52,171 nt of DNA. It comes from an uncultured Oligoflexus sp. GTDB taxonomy: Bacteria > Bdellovibrionota_B > Oligoflexia > Oligoflexales > Oligoflexaceae. How positions within the stretch are numbered: the stretch's first letter is position 1; each line of letters starts with the position of its first letter. Made by a program: the position numbers and the translations under genes. The stretch covers positions 1 through 52,171 of the forward strand of contig CAXSGP010000022.1 of assembly GCA_964236955.1 (NCBI GenBank). The letters run 5' to 3'. The notes below the pieces were generated by a model. The model was not told the DNA's origin. It did not search any database and worked only from the letters and a program-made list of their open reading frames with translations. Of the stretch, positions 18,501 to 26,868 are shown piece by piece.

Positions 18501-20032
18501 CCAATCTCTTCGTACTCGAATGGTCTCTTGCCCAGGCGCTTCAGGAGTGTGGCTTCGAAGCCCATGCCGTGCTTGGCCATAGCCTCGGTGAGATCACGGC
18601 AGCGACGATAGCCGGTGTCTTTCGCTTCGAGGATGCCGCCTATCTCGTTTTCCACCGCGCCCGCCTTATGCAACAAAGCGCGCCAGGGCTTATGCTGGCG
18701 GTTCGGACAAGTCTTGATAAGCTTTTGCCGCTGCTTCCTGCGCATTGTGATTTAGCCGCGGAAAACAGCGTCGAGTCTCTCGTTGCTTCAGGATCGGCGG
18801 CCACCATTATCGCCCTGGAATCGATACTGAGCAAACATGATATCGCCCATAAGCGACTCAACACAGCCCATGCTTTTCATTCGAGTGGGATGGAAGGCGT
18901 ACTCGGAGAGTTCGCCGCCTATTTAGAAAAAATCACTTTGCATGCACCTAAAATTTCACTTTATTCGACAGTTACAGGCAAATGCCTTACTTCAGCCGAA
19001 GCCTGCTCCCGAGCCTACTGGGTGCAGCAGATTCGAGTCGGAGTCCTTTTTCACAAAGCAGTTATGGCCGCAACAGAGATCGACAATCCCTGCTTCGTCG
19101 AAATAGGGCCGGGGGATACCCTGTTTAAATTTATTCAGCAGAGCAGCAGGAGTCTGGCCCTGAGTGCCTTAGCGAATCGGGGCCTGACCGAAACCCAGGA
19201 TATAGGTCGGTTTTTCTCCGAACTCAGCTATCAGGATCATGGGCCCTTTATTGCCAAAAATGGTCATATCGTATCGGCGGCACCCTATCCCTTCTACGGA
19301 GAGCGCTATTGGCTCGAACCGAAATCCCTGAAAAAGCCTGCAAAACAAGCGGCAAGGCCAGCCTCAAAACGGCCGGCGCCTAAAATCGAAGAGACAAATA
19401 TGAATCATTCTCGTGTTCAAAAGTTATTGGGACTCCTCATCGATCAAAATCCTGACGAGCTTGACAAAAACGCGGCATGGACTGAACTAGGCATGGATTC
19501 GCTGCTCCTTACGCAATGGGCTCTGAAGCTACAGCGGGAGTTTGCCTATGACATTAATCTAAGGCGTCTGCAAACGGACGTCCCCAATCTCAAGACCCTC
19601 CTCGCGACCTTCGAAAAGGCCGGGTCTGACGAGCTGGAAAACCAATATTTTAATGATACCGGAGCCTATCGAGAGGAAGATCTTTCGTTTGATTCTTCCT
19701 TTGACCCGGAAGGCGCCATGCAAGCTGGAAACATTCACGGCCTGATGCGCGATCAGATAAAGATTATGAATCGCCAGCTGGACATCATGCAGCGGTTGAT
19801 GGGCGCTACGTTTCGTCCCGACGGGGAGCTGCGGAAGGTCGAGGAGATTCCGCTAGCCTCGTCGCCTTTGATACCCAAGCCCAAAAAACGGCTCTTTGAA
19901 TTTGTTAACGACCTGGGACCGCAACGCCTGGAAGGCCCTGAAGGCGCATTTATCGGGCTCAACGACAAAGGGCAGCCGGCCCTCTTCATCGAAGATGCAA
20001 GCGGTCCCGATCGTTTTCTGGAGATCAGCTAA
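15572..20032 (+). CDS. Hybrid protein: alpha/beta-hydrolase-PCP-KS-AT-ACP (type I PKS module)
   Basis: Start moved to ATG 15572, 1 nt after the previous stop. FRFDLSKLGDS/VGLCSG hydrolase; PCP FFEFGGTSI; KS TACSTS, HGTGT, NIGH; AT GHSLGE and HAFHS (malonyl type); ACP LGMDSL. No KR, TE or aminotransferase seen. Confidence 0.92.
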   Translation: MEVLTFGRKKHLMGILHRAPANSVGIVMWNTGISSRTGSFRSNVETAEALVKLGYTVFRFDLSKLGDSVDAGENLSWQDRNSLDLRDALDAVNALTGITEYVLVGLCSGALDSYYFALNDTRVRGAFMIDSLVFPTLRHRLTFFAMRLASPYRWSRLFKKILGKFINVPRELLPEDQFESNYPTAIEAAKGFGILIDRGIPLHLIYTGGFTPFYSYRTQFFAMLPGLNSKGRVQVEYWPDVDHLFMLREDRQRFIAKLSTWLETNYPVRPLLTAPVYGHPLLTLAAAEGIANDPEILPLPAPIALPTEGKAKDPTPEVETENLRQVLSVLNKILAPTVLDADDNFFEFGGTSILAVKAAAELSQVLKVDVPVVAFYTYLQPRRIAKAIDEGTFTSGPSERDVIGSATRVDDAIAIIGMACKVPGAQNVSEFWDMILNGGEGLTHWTPEELDGSLPASLTRSPNYVASRGVIEGDRFDAPFFKMSKREAGLLDPQQRILLETCWQALEDSGYLDQRSTHKIAVYAGVGSNTYLTRNLAQGHFEPHSEEEYLALILNDKDYVATRIAFAMNLKGPAISVHTACSTSLVAVIEAIKALQSGQADIAIAGAAAVNAPMASGHLYQEGGIFSRDGHCRPFDAEASGTVFSDGSAVVVLKPLLKAIADQDQIYAVIKGWGLNNDGSDKSSFAGPSVMGQAEAIGQALAVGAIDPSTVGYIECHGTGTPIGDPIELEGLKRAYGMLRAGFCAIGSSKANIGHLTAAAGTISLIKAALAIQHAIKPALTHFTKAHPNIRLDQLPFSFPKQNLEWKGLRRAGVSSFGVGGTNAHVVLEEAPEREITRPAPTLDPFVTLRWSTMTQASSLLLATQLRLPKNLVDLSYTLAMKRPIYPWVQAVTGFGSLDFKLAAPPRMLAAKTKLVFCFPGQGSQYPRMGLDLSASWPRFAQHYKNALQHFKNEFALDLMDSLTNESLLNQTQYTQANLFVLEWSLAQALQECGFEAHAVLGHSLGEITAATIAGVFRFEDAAYLVFHRARLMQQSAPGLMLAVRTSLDKLLPLLPAHCDLAAENSVESLVASGSAATIIALESILSKHDIAHKRLNTAHAFHSSGMEGVLGEFAAYLEKITLHAPKISLYSTVTGKCLTSAEACSRAYWVQQIRVGVLFHKAVMAATEIDNPCFVEIGPGDTLFKFIQQSSRSLALSALANRGLTETQDIGRFFSELSYQDHGPFIAKNGHIVSAAPYPFYGERYWLEPKSLKKPAKQAARPASKRPAPKIEETNMNHSRVQKLLGLLIDQNPDELDKNAAWTELGMDSLLLTQWALKLQREFAYDINLRRLQTDVPNLKTLLATFEKAGSDELENQYFNDTGAYREEDLSFDSSFDPEGAMQAGNIHGLMRDQIKIMNRQLDIMQRLMGATFRPDGELRKVEEIPLASSPLIPKPKKRLFEFVNDLGPQRLEGPEGAFIGLNDKGQPALFIEDASGPDRFLEIS

Positions 20033-20922
20033 GCCTTGGGCTCTGGACTTTTCGGGGCCACCTTCGGCGATCCGCGCATCAAGCCTTCCTGGGCTACCGA
20101 CACGACCAAAGTACCGTCACTCGCGAACATCTTGCCCTGATTGTAGCCACGGGAACCATAACTTACCGTACTTTCGGTCGTGTAGAGCAGCCAATCATCA
20201 AAGCGGAAATCCCTGTGAAACCACATCGCGTGATCGAGACTTGCCATCTGTACGTGACCATTTAACAGGGACAGTCCATGAGGCAGGAGAGCTGTGCCCG
20301 CGAGCCCAAAATCGGAGGCATAAGCCAATAGCGCCCGATGCAGGAGGGGATCGTCGGGCAAGGCTCCTGAGGTCCGAATCCAGGTGTGTTTGATACCTGC
20401 AGCCGGCGTCGGTTGAAACGGGTCCATAGGATTAATTTCCCGCATTTCAATCGGCCGATCCCGGGTGAAGGCTTCCCGGGATTTTTCGGGAAGGAGATCC
20501 TTCGCGGCGCGGGCTCTGTCCTGTTCGCTGGCAATGCCATCGGGACCGGACACTTTGGGCATGACGATCTGATGTTCCAATCCCTTCTCGGGCGTTTGAA
20601 AGGAAGCGGACATACTGAAAATAGCTAAACCGTTTTGTTTGGCAACCACCCGTCGGGTCGAAAAGCTGCGTCCCGATCGAATCAAATCGACTTCGTAATA
20701 GAGCGTATCCGTACTATTCCCGGGTCTAATAAAATAACCATGGAGAGAATGCGCGCTGCGATCCTTTTCCACAGTTCGCCCAGCGGCGATCAAGGCCTGT
20801 CCCAGTACCTGGCCCCCAAAAAGATTGCGAAAACCCAAATCCTCACTGCGACCGAGATAGACGTTTTTTTCTATTTCTTTGAGATCGAGGAGACTTAGCA
20901 ATTTTTCTAAACTTTCGGCCAT
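20029..20922 (-). CDS. tesB: Acyl-CoA thioesterase II
   Basis: FGGQVLGQAL, HSLHGYF.RPG, LAYASD, ASLDHAMWFHR, SVAQEGL.R; start at ATG 20922 with GGAGGG RBS. Confidence 0.93.
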   Translation of the reverse strand: MAESLEKLLSLLDLKEIEKNVYLGRSEDLGFRNLFGGQVLGQALIAAGRTVEKDRSAHSLHGYFIRPGNSTDTLYYEVDLIRSGRSFSTRRVVAKQNGLAIFSMSASFQTPEKGLEHQIVMPKVSGPDGIASEQDRARAAKDLLPEKSREAFTRDRPIEMREINPMDPFQPTPAAGIKHTWIRTSGALPDDPLLHRALLAYASDFGLAGTALLPHGLSLLNGHVQMASLDHAMWFHRDFRFDDWLLYTTESTVSYGSRGYNQGKMFASDGTLVVSVAQEGLMRGSPKVAPKSPEPKA

Positions 20923-21058
20923 GGGACCACCCTCCATTATTGGAACCATGGTCACAGATTCCGCCCATAAAGGAAAGTTGCTTTGCTTGGACGCTTGGAT
21001 GCCTCAGTAGTTTTTTGCTATGCTGCGCAGACGATCGATATCCATTGAAGAGGCTTTT

Positions 21059-21901
21059 ATGACTGAACCACTTGTCTTTGACGTGACAATGCAAAACTTC
21101 GGAAGCGATGTCGTTGAAAGGTCCAACGAAGTGCCGGTACTTGTTGATTTCTGGGCCGAATGGTGTGGGCCCTGTAAAACGCTTACTCCCATCCTGGAAA
21201 GACTGGTGCAATCCTACAAGGGACGCTTCGTCCTGGGTAAATGCAATAGCGAGGACAATCCGGAGATTGCCGCCCAGTTTCAAATCCGGAGTATTCCTGC
21301 CGTGAAGCTCATCGTCGGTGGCAAACTCGTCGCTGAATTTAATGGCGTTCAGCCCGAAGCCGACATCCGCCGCTTTATCGAACACTACTGCCCCGCCGCA
21401 GCTCAGGACCTATTCGCGGAGGCCAAACAATTGATTGAGGAAGGCCAGTTGGGTGATGCTCTGGCCGTTCTCGACCAGCACCTTCGAGAGGATCCGACCG
21501 ATCTCGGGGCGCTTCCTCTTAAAGCCCAGCTCCTCATCCAATTGAAACGTTGGGACGAAGCAAGTGCCTTTGTTGCTACCGCAAGCTTTCCTGAAGCCGA
21601 TTCCCTGCGTAAACAACTCAATATGTTCGAAGCCGCCCGAAGCTACGGCACTCTCGAGGAGTGTGAGCGTGCCGCTGCAGTGGCGACAGATCTTGAAGCG
21701 GGTTATCGGTTGGCGATGGTCTTGGCCCTGGATGGGCGTTTTCAGGACTCGCTTGAGCGGTTCCTGGTGGTCCTGCAAAAAGACAAAAATTTCGGCGAGG
21801 GCAAGGTGCGCAAAACCTTGCTTGGCATCTTTGAGCTGATCGGCATCCACCACCCCCTGAGCGACGAATACAGAAGGAGAATGGGACGGATTATTCTTTA
21901 A
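21059..21901 (+). CDS. cnoX: Thioredoxin-domain/TPR chaperedoxin (CnoX/YbbN family)
   Basis: PVLVDFWAEWCGPCK, TPR-like helices and C-terminal YRRRM...IL; start at ATG 21059 with GAGG RBS. Confidence 0.85.
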   Translation: MTEPLVFDVTMQNFGSDVVERSNEVPVLVDFWAEWCGPCKTLTPILERLVQSYKGRFVLGKCNSEDNPEIAAQFQIRSIPAVKLIVGGKLVAEFNGVQPEADIRRFIEHYCPAAAQDLFAEAKQLIEEGQLGDALAVLDQHLREDPTDLGALPLKAQLLIQLKRWDEASAFVATASFPEADSLRKQLNMFEAARSYGTLEECERAAAVATDLEAGYRLAMVLALDGRFQDSLERFLVVLQKDKNFGEGKVRKTLLGIFELIGIHHPLSDEYRRRMGRIIL

Positions 21902-21980
21902 AGTTCTCTTGCATGGGTATTGCCTGTTCCTAAAAATATGGCCCGGCATCGCAATACTGAGCCCCATTTTCGGACAGACA

Positions 21981-24773
21981 CTATTTAATAACCGCTCCCG
22001 GGAAACTGTAGGTGCTGTGACAACGATCACACTGAAAGAACCGAGGGCCATGGACAGGTGCCGTCACGGCCGCAGCATCCTTGTAGTGACAGGAGCGACA
22101 GTCGGTCGGCAAGCCTTGGTATACGCCTTGGTTGTGACAAGCTTTGCATTCCGTCACCCGATGGGCACCCTGCAGTGGGTATCGCGTGAGGTTGTGATCA
22201 AACTTAGTCTGATTCCAGAAATTCTGGAGATGACAATCGCCGCAGGCCGGCAGCTGCCCATTGTGATTATCCTCCTTGATATGGCAGACGCTACACTCCT
22301 GACTGCTACCCTTCAAGGTACGACCAACAGCGTGACAGGATTTGCAATCGGTCAGAAGATGCACACCGACGAGCTCCATTTCCTTATGAAAATCGCCTGC
22401 GGATTTCCAGCCCGTTTCGTTGTGACACTTCGAGCAGGTAGGGCCGTTGCCGCCGTTATGCGGATCTTTGTGACAAGTCGCGCAGTTTTTTGCCACGAGA
22501 TCGGGAAAGTCATATTTGCCTTTAAAGTCTTTATTGCCCTGAGTATATTTCTCTTTGGTCGGCACATGGCATTCTGCGCACTTCACCTGCAGATGCTTTC
22601 CTTTAAGCTCAAAATCAGTGAGATCGTGATCAAAGGTCTTCTTGCCTGAAAAAGACTGCGTCGTGTGACAGGAGATACAAGGCTTGTTGGCAAATTTCGG
22701 TTCGAACATGCTCTTATGCTCGTTTGCATGGCAATTCTCACAATAGCCTTTTTCTTGGAACGGAAAGATAAATTTCTTGCCCGGTCGGGGAGGCTTTGTC
22801 GCAAGAATAATGTCCTTCGTCGGCTTATGGCATTCGACGCATTTACTGGCAAACTTCTCGTGGGCACCCGTAATTTTAAAGTCGGTTTTATCGTGATCAA
22901 AGTCAGCTAGCTTGTCAAACCCGGCCGGATTGTGACAGGCGGCGCAGGACCTTTTCAGATACTCCTCTTTAAACTGTTTCTTATGGACGCTGACGTGACA
23001 GTTCGCACAGAGGTTGGCATCGACAGTGCGATTGAATTTAAATTGATGCGCTGGCTTCTGGACCTTCAAATTGGGTATATTCTGTTTCGTTGGCACGTGA
23101 CACTTCCAACAGTTCTCCACTGTCTTATGTTTGCCGAGCAAACGGAATGAAGTGGTATCGTGGTCAAAGGTCGGCCGTGGATCAAACTTGATTGTTGTAT
23201 GACAAGCCGAACATGGTTTTTCCAGCGATGCATCCGAGAATTGATTTTTGTGGGGAGTCGCATGACAGTCGACACAGAAATTTTTGGCCTGACTGGGAAA
23301 TTTGTATTTCTCCTGCCCATTTACAACATGACATAACTTACAGGGTAGTTTTTGATGCGCTCCGGTCAAGGGAAAACGCGTTTTTGAGTGGAAGGCCGGA
23401 TTGGAAGCGATCTGCCCCTGCATGTTTTGCACATCCCAACCTTCCGTCGTATGACACTGCTGGCAAGGGACGTTTTTAAAGCGCTTGTGAAAGGACGCCG
23501 GGTGATGCGATTTGTGACAGGTCTCACAGGTCTTGGCCGGAATCGTCTTAAAGAAATAATTTCTGACCGTGTTGGGCTTGGTCTTCAGCGCATCGCCGCC
23601 CTTGGGTTTATGACAATCAAAGCAAGTGTTCTTGACGTGTTTACCGGTAATGGGGAAACGTGTTTGTGAACCATGATCAAATTTCAAATCGCCTTTCCAT
23701 GAAAGATCGCTGTGGCAGGTCAAACAGTTTTGCAAGGAACCACTGATTTTATCAGCAACTTCACTACCATAGCCATGGAAATCGCCGTGGCAGCCACTGC
23801 AGGTTTTTTGAAGTCCCTTGAAGCTGAAATTTTCGAGGGCTTTGCCTTGATTTCCGGACTTATGGCAGTCCACGCATTGAATCTGCGCGTGCTTGCCCTG
23901 CAGCACAAAGCCTGTAACTTCATGCTTGAAGGGCGTTAGCTTCCATTCCGTTTGCGTGTGGCACTGGGTGCACTCCCCACCCCGAAACCTGGGACTGAAA
24001 TTCGCTCCATGCTGATCCTTGTGACAGCTCAAACACTTTTGGGTTTTAAGGCCTGGCCACTGATAGCGGATATTATTTTTGCCTTCGGATACATGACATT
24101 TATTGCACTTAAGTTGAGCGTGATCGCCGACCAGCGCGTAACCGCTTTCCACTTTGTGGTCGAACTTTTCAACTTTCTTCCAGGATTCGGTCACATGGCA
24201 GGTGCTACATTCCTTGCCCTTAAATTTTCGCTCGAAAAAGTGAATGTCGTCTTTCTTGTGGCAGGCCAAACAGGAGCCGACTTTGCCCCAGAACTGGGGC
24301 TCTGTTTTGCGGCTCATCTTATCTTTGCGGACTTCCGTGTGACACTTCGTGCATTCCTGCTTGGCGTGCTGCCCATCTAATTTGAAACCTGTGCGTTCGT
24401 GATCAAACTTTGAAAATTCGAAAAAGCTGATGTTGGCCGTTCGGCCTTTGTGCTCTTTATGACAATCAATACAATTTTTACCGTCCATCAATCCATGGAA
24501 GTGGACTTTGGCGGCGATATTCTCCCCAATTTTCTTGTGACACTCGATACAATTCTTGTTAGGAATCCCGCCGGCCGCCTCATGGCACTTTAAACAGTCC
24601 TTGTGCTCCATATTCTCATGGCCAATAGCCATCGGTCCTGGAGCCAGGAGCTTATTCAGAAGTCCTTCAAATTTGTCCTTCTCACCTTGCGCGAACGCAC
24701 GGTCGCCGAGGCCGCTGTCCGTCGCGGTAAAGCCAAGCAGGAGCAGAATGACGATGGCAATCACCTTTCGCAT
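21981..24773 (-). CDS. Exported multiheme c-type cytochrome with 33 CxxCH motifs
   Basis: Signal peptide; 33 CxxCH motifs counted by hand; recurring FDH..T.F.L.G.H units. Confidence 0.95.
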   Translation of the reverse strand: MRKVIAIVILLLLGFTATDSGLGDRAFAQGEKDKFEGLLNKLLAPGPMAIGHENMEHKDCLKCHEAAGGIPNKNCIECHKKIGENIAAKVHFHGLMDGKNCIDCHKEHKGRTANISFFEFSKFDHERTGFKLDGQHAKQECTKCHTEVRKDKMSRKTEPQFWGKVGSCLACHKKDDIHFFERKFKGKECSTCHVTESWKKVEKFDHKVESGYALVGDHAQLKCNKCHVSEGKNNIRYQWPGLKTQKCLSCHKDQHGANFSPRFRGGECTQCHTQTEWKLTPFKHEVTGFVLQGKHAQIQCVDCHKSGNQGKALENFSFKGLQKTCSGCHGDFHGYGSEVADKISGSLQNCLTCHSDLSWKGDLKFDHGSQTRFPITGKHVKNTCFDCHKPKGGDALKTKPNTVRNYFFKTIPAKTCETCHKSHHPASFHKRFKNVPCQQCHTTEGWDVQNMQGQIASNPAFHSKTRFPLTGAHQKLPCKLCHVVNGQEKYKFPSQAKNFCVDCHATPHKNQFSDASLEKPCSACHTTIKFDPRPTFDHDTTSFRLLGKHKTVENCWKCHVPTKQNIPNLKVQKPAHQFKFNRTVDANLCANCHVSVHKKQFKEEYLKRSCAACHNPAGFDKLADFDHDKTDFKITGAHEKFASKCVECHKPTKDIILATKPPRPGKKFIFPFQEKGYCENCHANEHKSMFEPKFANKPCISCHTTQSFSGKKTFDHDLTDFELKGKHLQVKCAECHVPTKEKYTQGNKDFKGKYDFPDLVAKNCATCHKDPHNGGNGPTCSKCHNETGWKSAGDFHKEMELVGVHLLTDCKSCHAVGRTLKGSSQECSVCHIKEDNHNGQLPACGDCHLQNFWNQTKFDHNLTRYPLQGAHRVTECKACHNQGVYQGLPTDCRSCHYKDAAAVTAPVHGPRFFQCDRCHSTYSFPGAVIK

Positions 24774-26171
24774 TCAAATCTCCTCAAAAAGCGCTGGTTT
24801 GTTTCGAATCGGTGCTACCGATCCCACTCCAAAACGATAAGCTGCCATCATAAAGAACGCAGTCGCTGTAAGGCGATCATCCGCTTCGCGTTGATAGCCC
24901 AGCGATCCCCGCAAACGATCACTCAAAAAAATACCGCCATCGATGATGGTAATCTGCCTTGAATTCTTAAAACCATCTTCATCATAGGTCTCCTGACTTA
25001 TAGTATGAATGATGGAGGCACTAAAAAAGGCGTTCCAATAGTCATATCCGGCACGGACAAAGTTGCCTTTGCTCAGATACTTTTTTTGGGTCCCAAATTG
25101 GGCGCGAAGCGAACCGGTCGCGAGTATGAACTTTGGCAGAATTATGCCCAAAGCTGTTTCGTTTGCGGCCTTGCCGTCTCGAGCCCGTTTGGAAAATCCG
25201 GCACTTAGATCGACGGAAAGGGCAGGAAACAAACGATATCTTAAGTCCGCGTTCACATTTTGCTCGGCGCTGGGTGCCAGGGTATCGAGAAGATCGCGCT
25301 GAATCAAATAGTCTTCAGTATTGGTCTCGGAAAGACTGAGATTCGTACGAATTTTAGGGTCGAAATAGGAATGACTGATACTACCGCGTCTCAGACTGGG
25401 TGCGGGCGCCAGGTCCTGCAGCAAAAAACTGCTGATGCGATTATTGGGGTTTAGATTCCAAAGACCCATATGAAAAAAGTAGCTGTGGCTGGTTTTGTCG
25501 GTAAGGTTATAGGTTGGGCCTATCGCAAGGGCGTTGTTTGTATAGACTGAGCGTTCGAAGCCGCTTTTTTTCTCGTAGGAAACATACACGCCGCCTTGGG
25601 TGTTGTTAACGTCGGGCGTCTTGTCAGGATTGATATAGTAAGGCGTGATTACGTCTTTGGGTGCCGCGCCACCAAAGAGGCCGAAGCGAAGGGTCCGGCT
25701 AAAACGGAAACCAGCTTCAGCCCCATCGTTATCGATTACGTTGGCTTCGGAAAGGGCGAAGCGCCCGACGGTAAAATAGAAGCGATTTGTTTCCCAGGGG
25801 CGTTTATAGGCCAGCTCTCTCACCTGCAATCGGTTGTAAGTAGCGAGAGAAAGATTGGTCCTATCGAGATTACCATAGGAATCAACCTTATCCCTGACAT
25901 CGATGGCAAAGGCATCATCATGAGAACTGATATCATAAACTTCCATCTTTAACTGAGTGGAGTAGACGCTTTCATCATTGTTGATTTCACCATTCACTTC
26001 TTCTTTGAACTGAAGGCTCCGCGTATACGCCCCAAGACGGAACTGCCCCAGGACATCGACTGCCAGGGCACGGCTTGAAAAAAGAACGCAAATCATAGCG
26101 CAGTTGAGCTTGAGGCCAACCGAAATCATGGTGCTGAGATCTAAACTCTTATTTCCGATTAGGTAGACCAA
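24774..26171 (-). CDS. Putative outer-membrane beta-barrel (porin) associated with the multiheme cytochrome
   Basis: Signal peptide ending in ALA (start may be ATG 26129); many amphipathic aromatic-ended strands (GAEAGFRF, NADLRYRLF, RAGYDY, LGYQ, MAAYRF); stop codon abuts the cytochrome start. Confidence 0.7.
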   Translation of the reverse strand: MVYLIGNKSLDLSTMISVGLKLNCAMICVLFSSRALAVDVLGQFRLGAYTRSLQFKEEVNGEINNDESVYSTQLKMEVYDISSHDDAFAIDVRDKVDSYGNLDRTNLSLATYNRLQVRELAYKRPWETNRFYFTVGRFALSEANVIDNDGAEAGFRFSRTLRFGLFGGAAPKDVITPYYINPDKTPDVNNTQGGVYVSYEKKSGFERSVYTNNALAIGPTYNLTDKTSHSYFFHMGLWNLNPNNRISSFLLQDLAPAPSLRRGSISHSYFDPKIRTNLSLSETNTEDYLIQRDLLDTLAPSAEQNVNADLRYRLFPALSVDLSAGFSKRARDGKAANETALGIILPKFILATGSLRAQFGTQKKYLSKGNFVRAGYDYWNAFFSASIIHTISQETYDEDGFKNSRQITIIDGGIFLSDRLRGSLGYQREADDRLTATAFFMMAAYRFGVGSVAPIRNKPALFEEI

Positions 26172-26266
26172 AAGAGCAACCTGCCACTAGAAATTCGATG
26201 ATCTCTATATGGTAGCAGATTTTGGTCAGATTGGGCGATTAAGTCGAATAGATTTTTGAAGAAATG

Positions 26267-26689
26267 TTAAGGGTAGACGGGCGTCCAACCGCTCGGGAAT
26301 TGATGGCAATTCGCGCACTCGCCACGGGCGGGATGGACGGTTTTTTCAGTGACCCGATCATGACAGCCCAAACATTTTGGAGGAGGAGGAGTATGTGCAA
26401 TGAGTTCAGGTTTGGGAACCTTAAAATCTGGAAAGGTATGGCAGGACACACAATCGGCGCCGAGTCCATGCTTTTCAATAACGAGATCAGCAGCGACCGG
26501 GCGACGTTCCGCATCATGGCAATCGGCGCAATTGCCTAGGAAATTCTCATGACCGATATTCGACGTTGGGTTTTTCAGACTTTCTTCGACAACTGTGGGC
26601 TTTTTCGTTCCGCAGCCGTTGAGTAGCCCAAACAAGAACATAAGATGAACTAACACCGACAAAAACGCGTATCTTCTGAAATTTATCAT
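26267..26689 (-). CDS. Tetraheme c-type cytochrome lipoprotein
   Basis: Lipobox LNG-C; CADCH, CVSCH, CLGCH and CANCH motifs; GGAG RBS. Confidence 0.9.
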   Translation of the reverse strand: MINFRRYAFLSVLVHLMFLFGLLNGCGTKKPTVVEESLKNPTSNIGHENFLGNCADCHDAERRPVAADLVIEKHGLGADCVSCHTFPDFKVPKPELIAHTPPPPKCLGCHDRVTEKTVHPARGECANCHQFPSGWTPVYP

Positions 26690-26868
26690 GAGGTTCTCCT
26701 GCTATATTCTTTCCAAAACCCTGATTCCGCGCCGCCAACTGAGTGGTTTTTATCAATGGATTCACCAGCGAGCGAAACTTACGAAGCAGCGGCGATAGGG
26801 ATGGAATCGCTCGGTGCCATTCGATTCTTTAGCTTTGCCAGCTGGCAACTTTGAGTGGAAACGATTGT

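Noticed and set aside
17813..18745. 310-aa minus-strand ORF
   Set aside because: Antisense to the KS-AT region of the PKS; no recognisable features.
21909..22649. 246-aa plus-strand ORF and similar ORFs to 24962
   Set aside because: Antisense to the repetitive multiheme cytochrome; its hydrophobic look comes from reverse-complemented Cys/His/Lys codons.
21981..24773. Recurrent GTGACA/TGGCA-type DNA repeats as a possible CRISPR or repeat array
   Set aside because: They are CxxCH codons, irregularly spaced and within a CDS; no cas genes are present.
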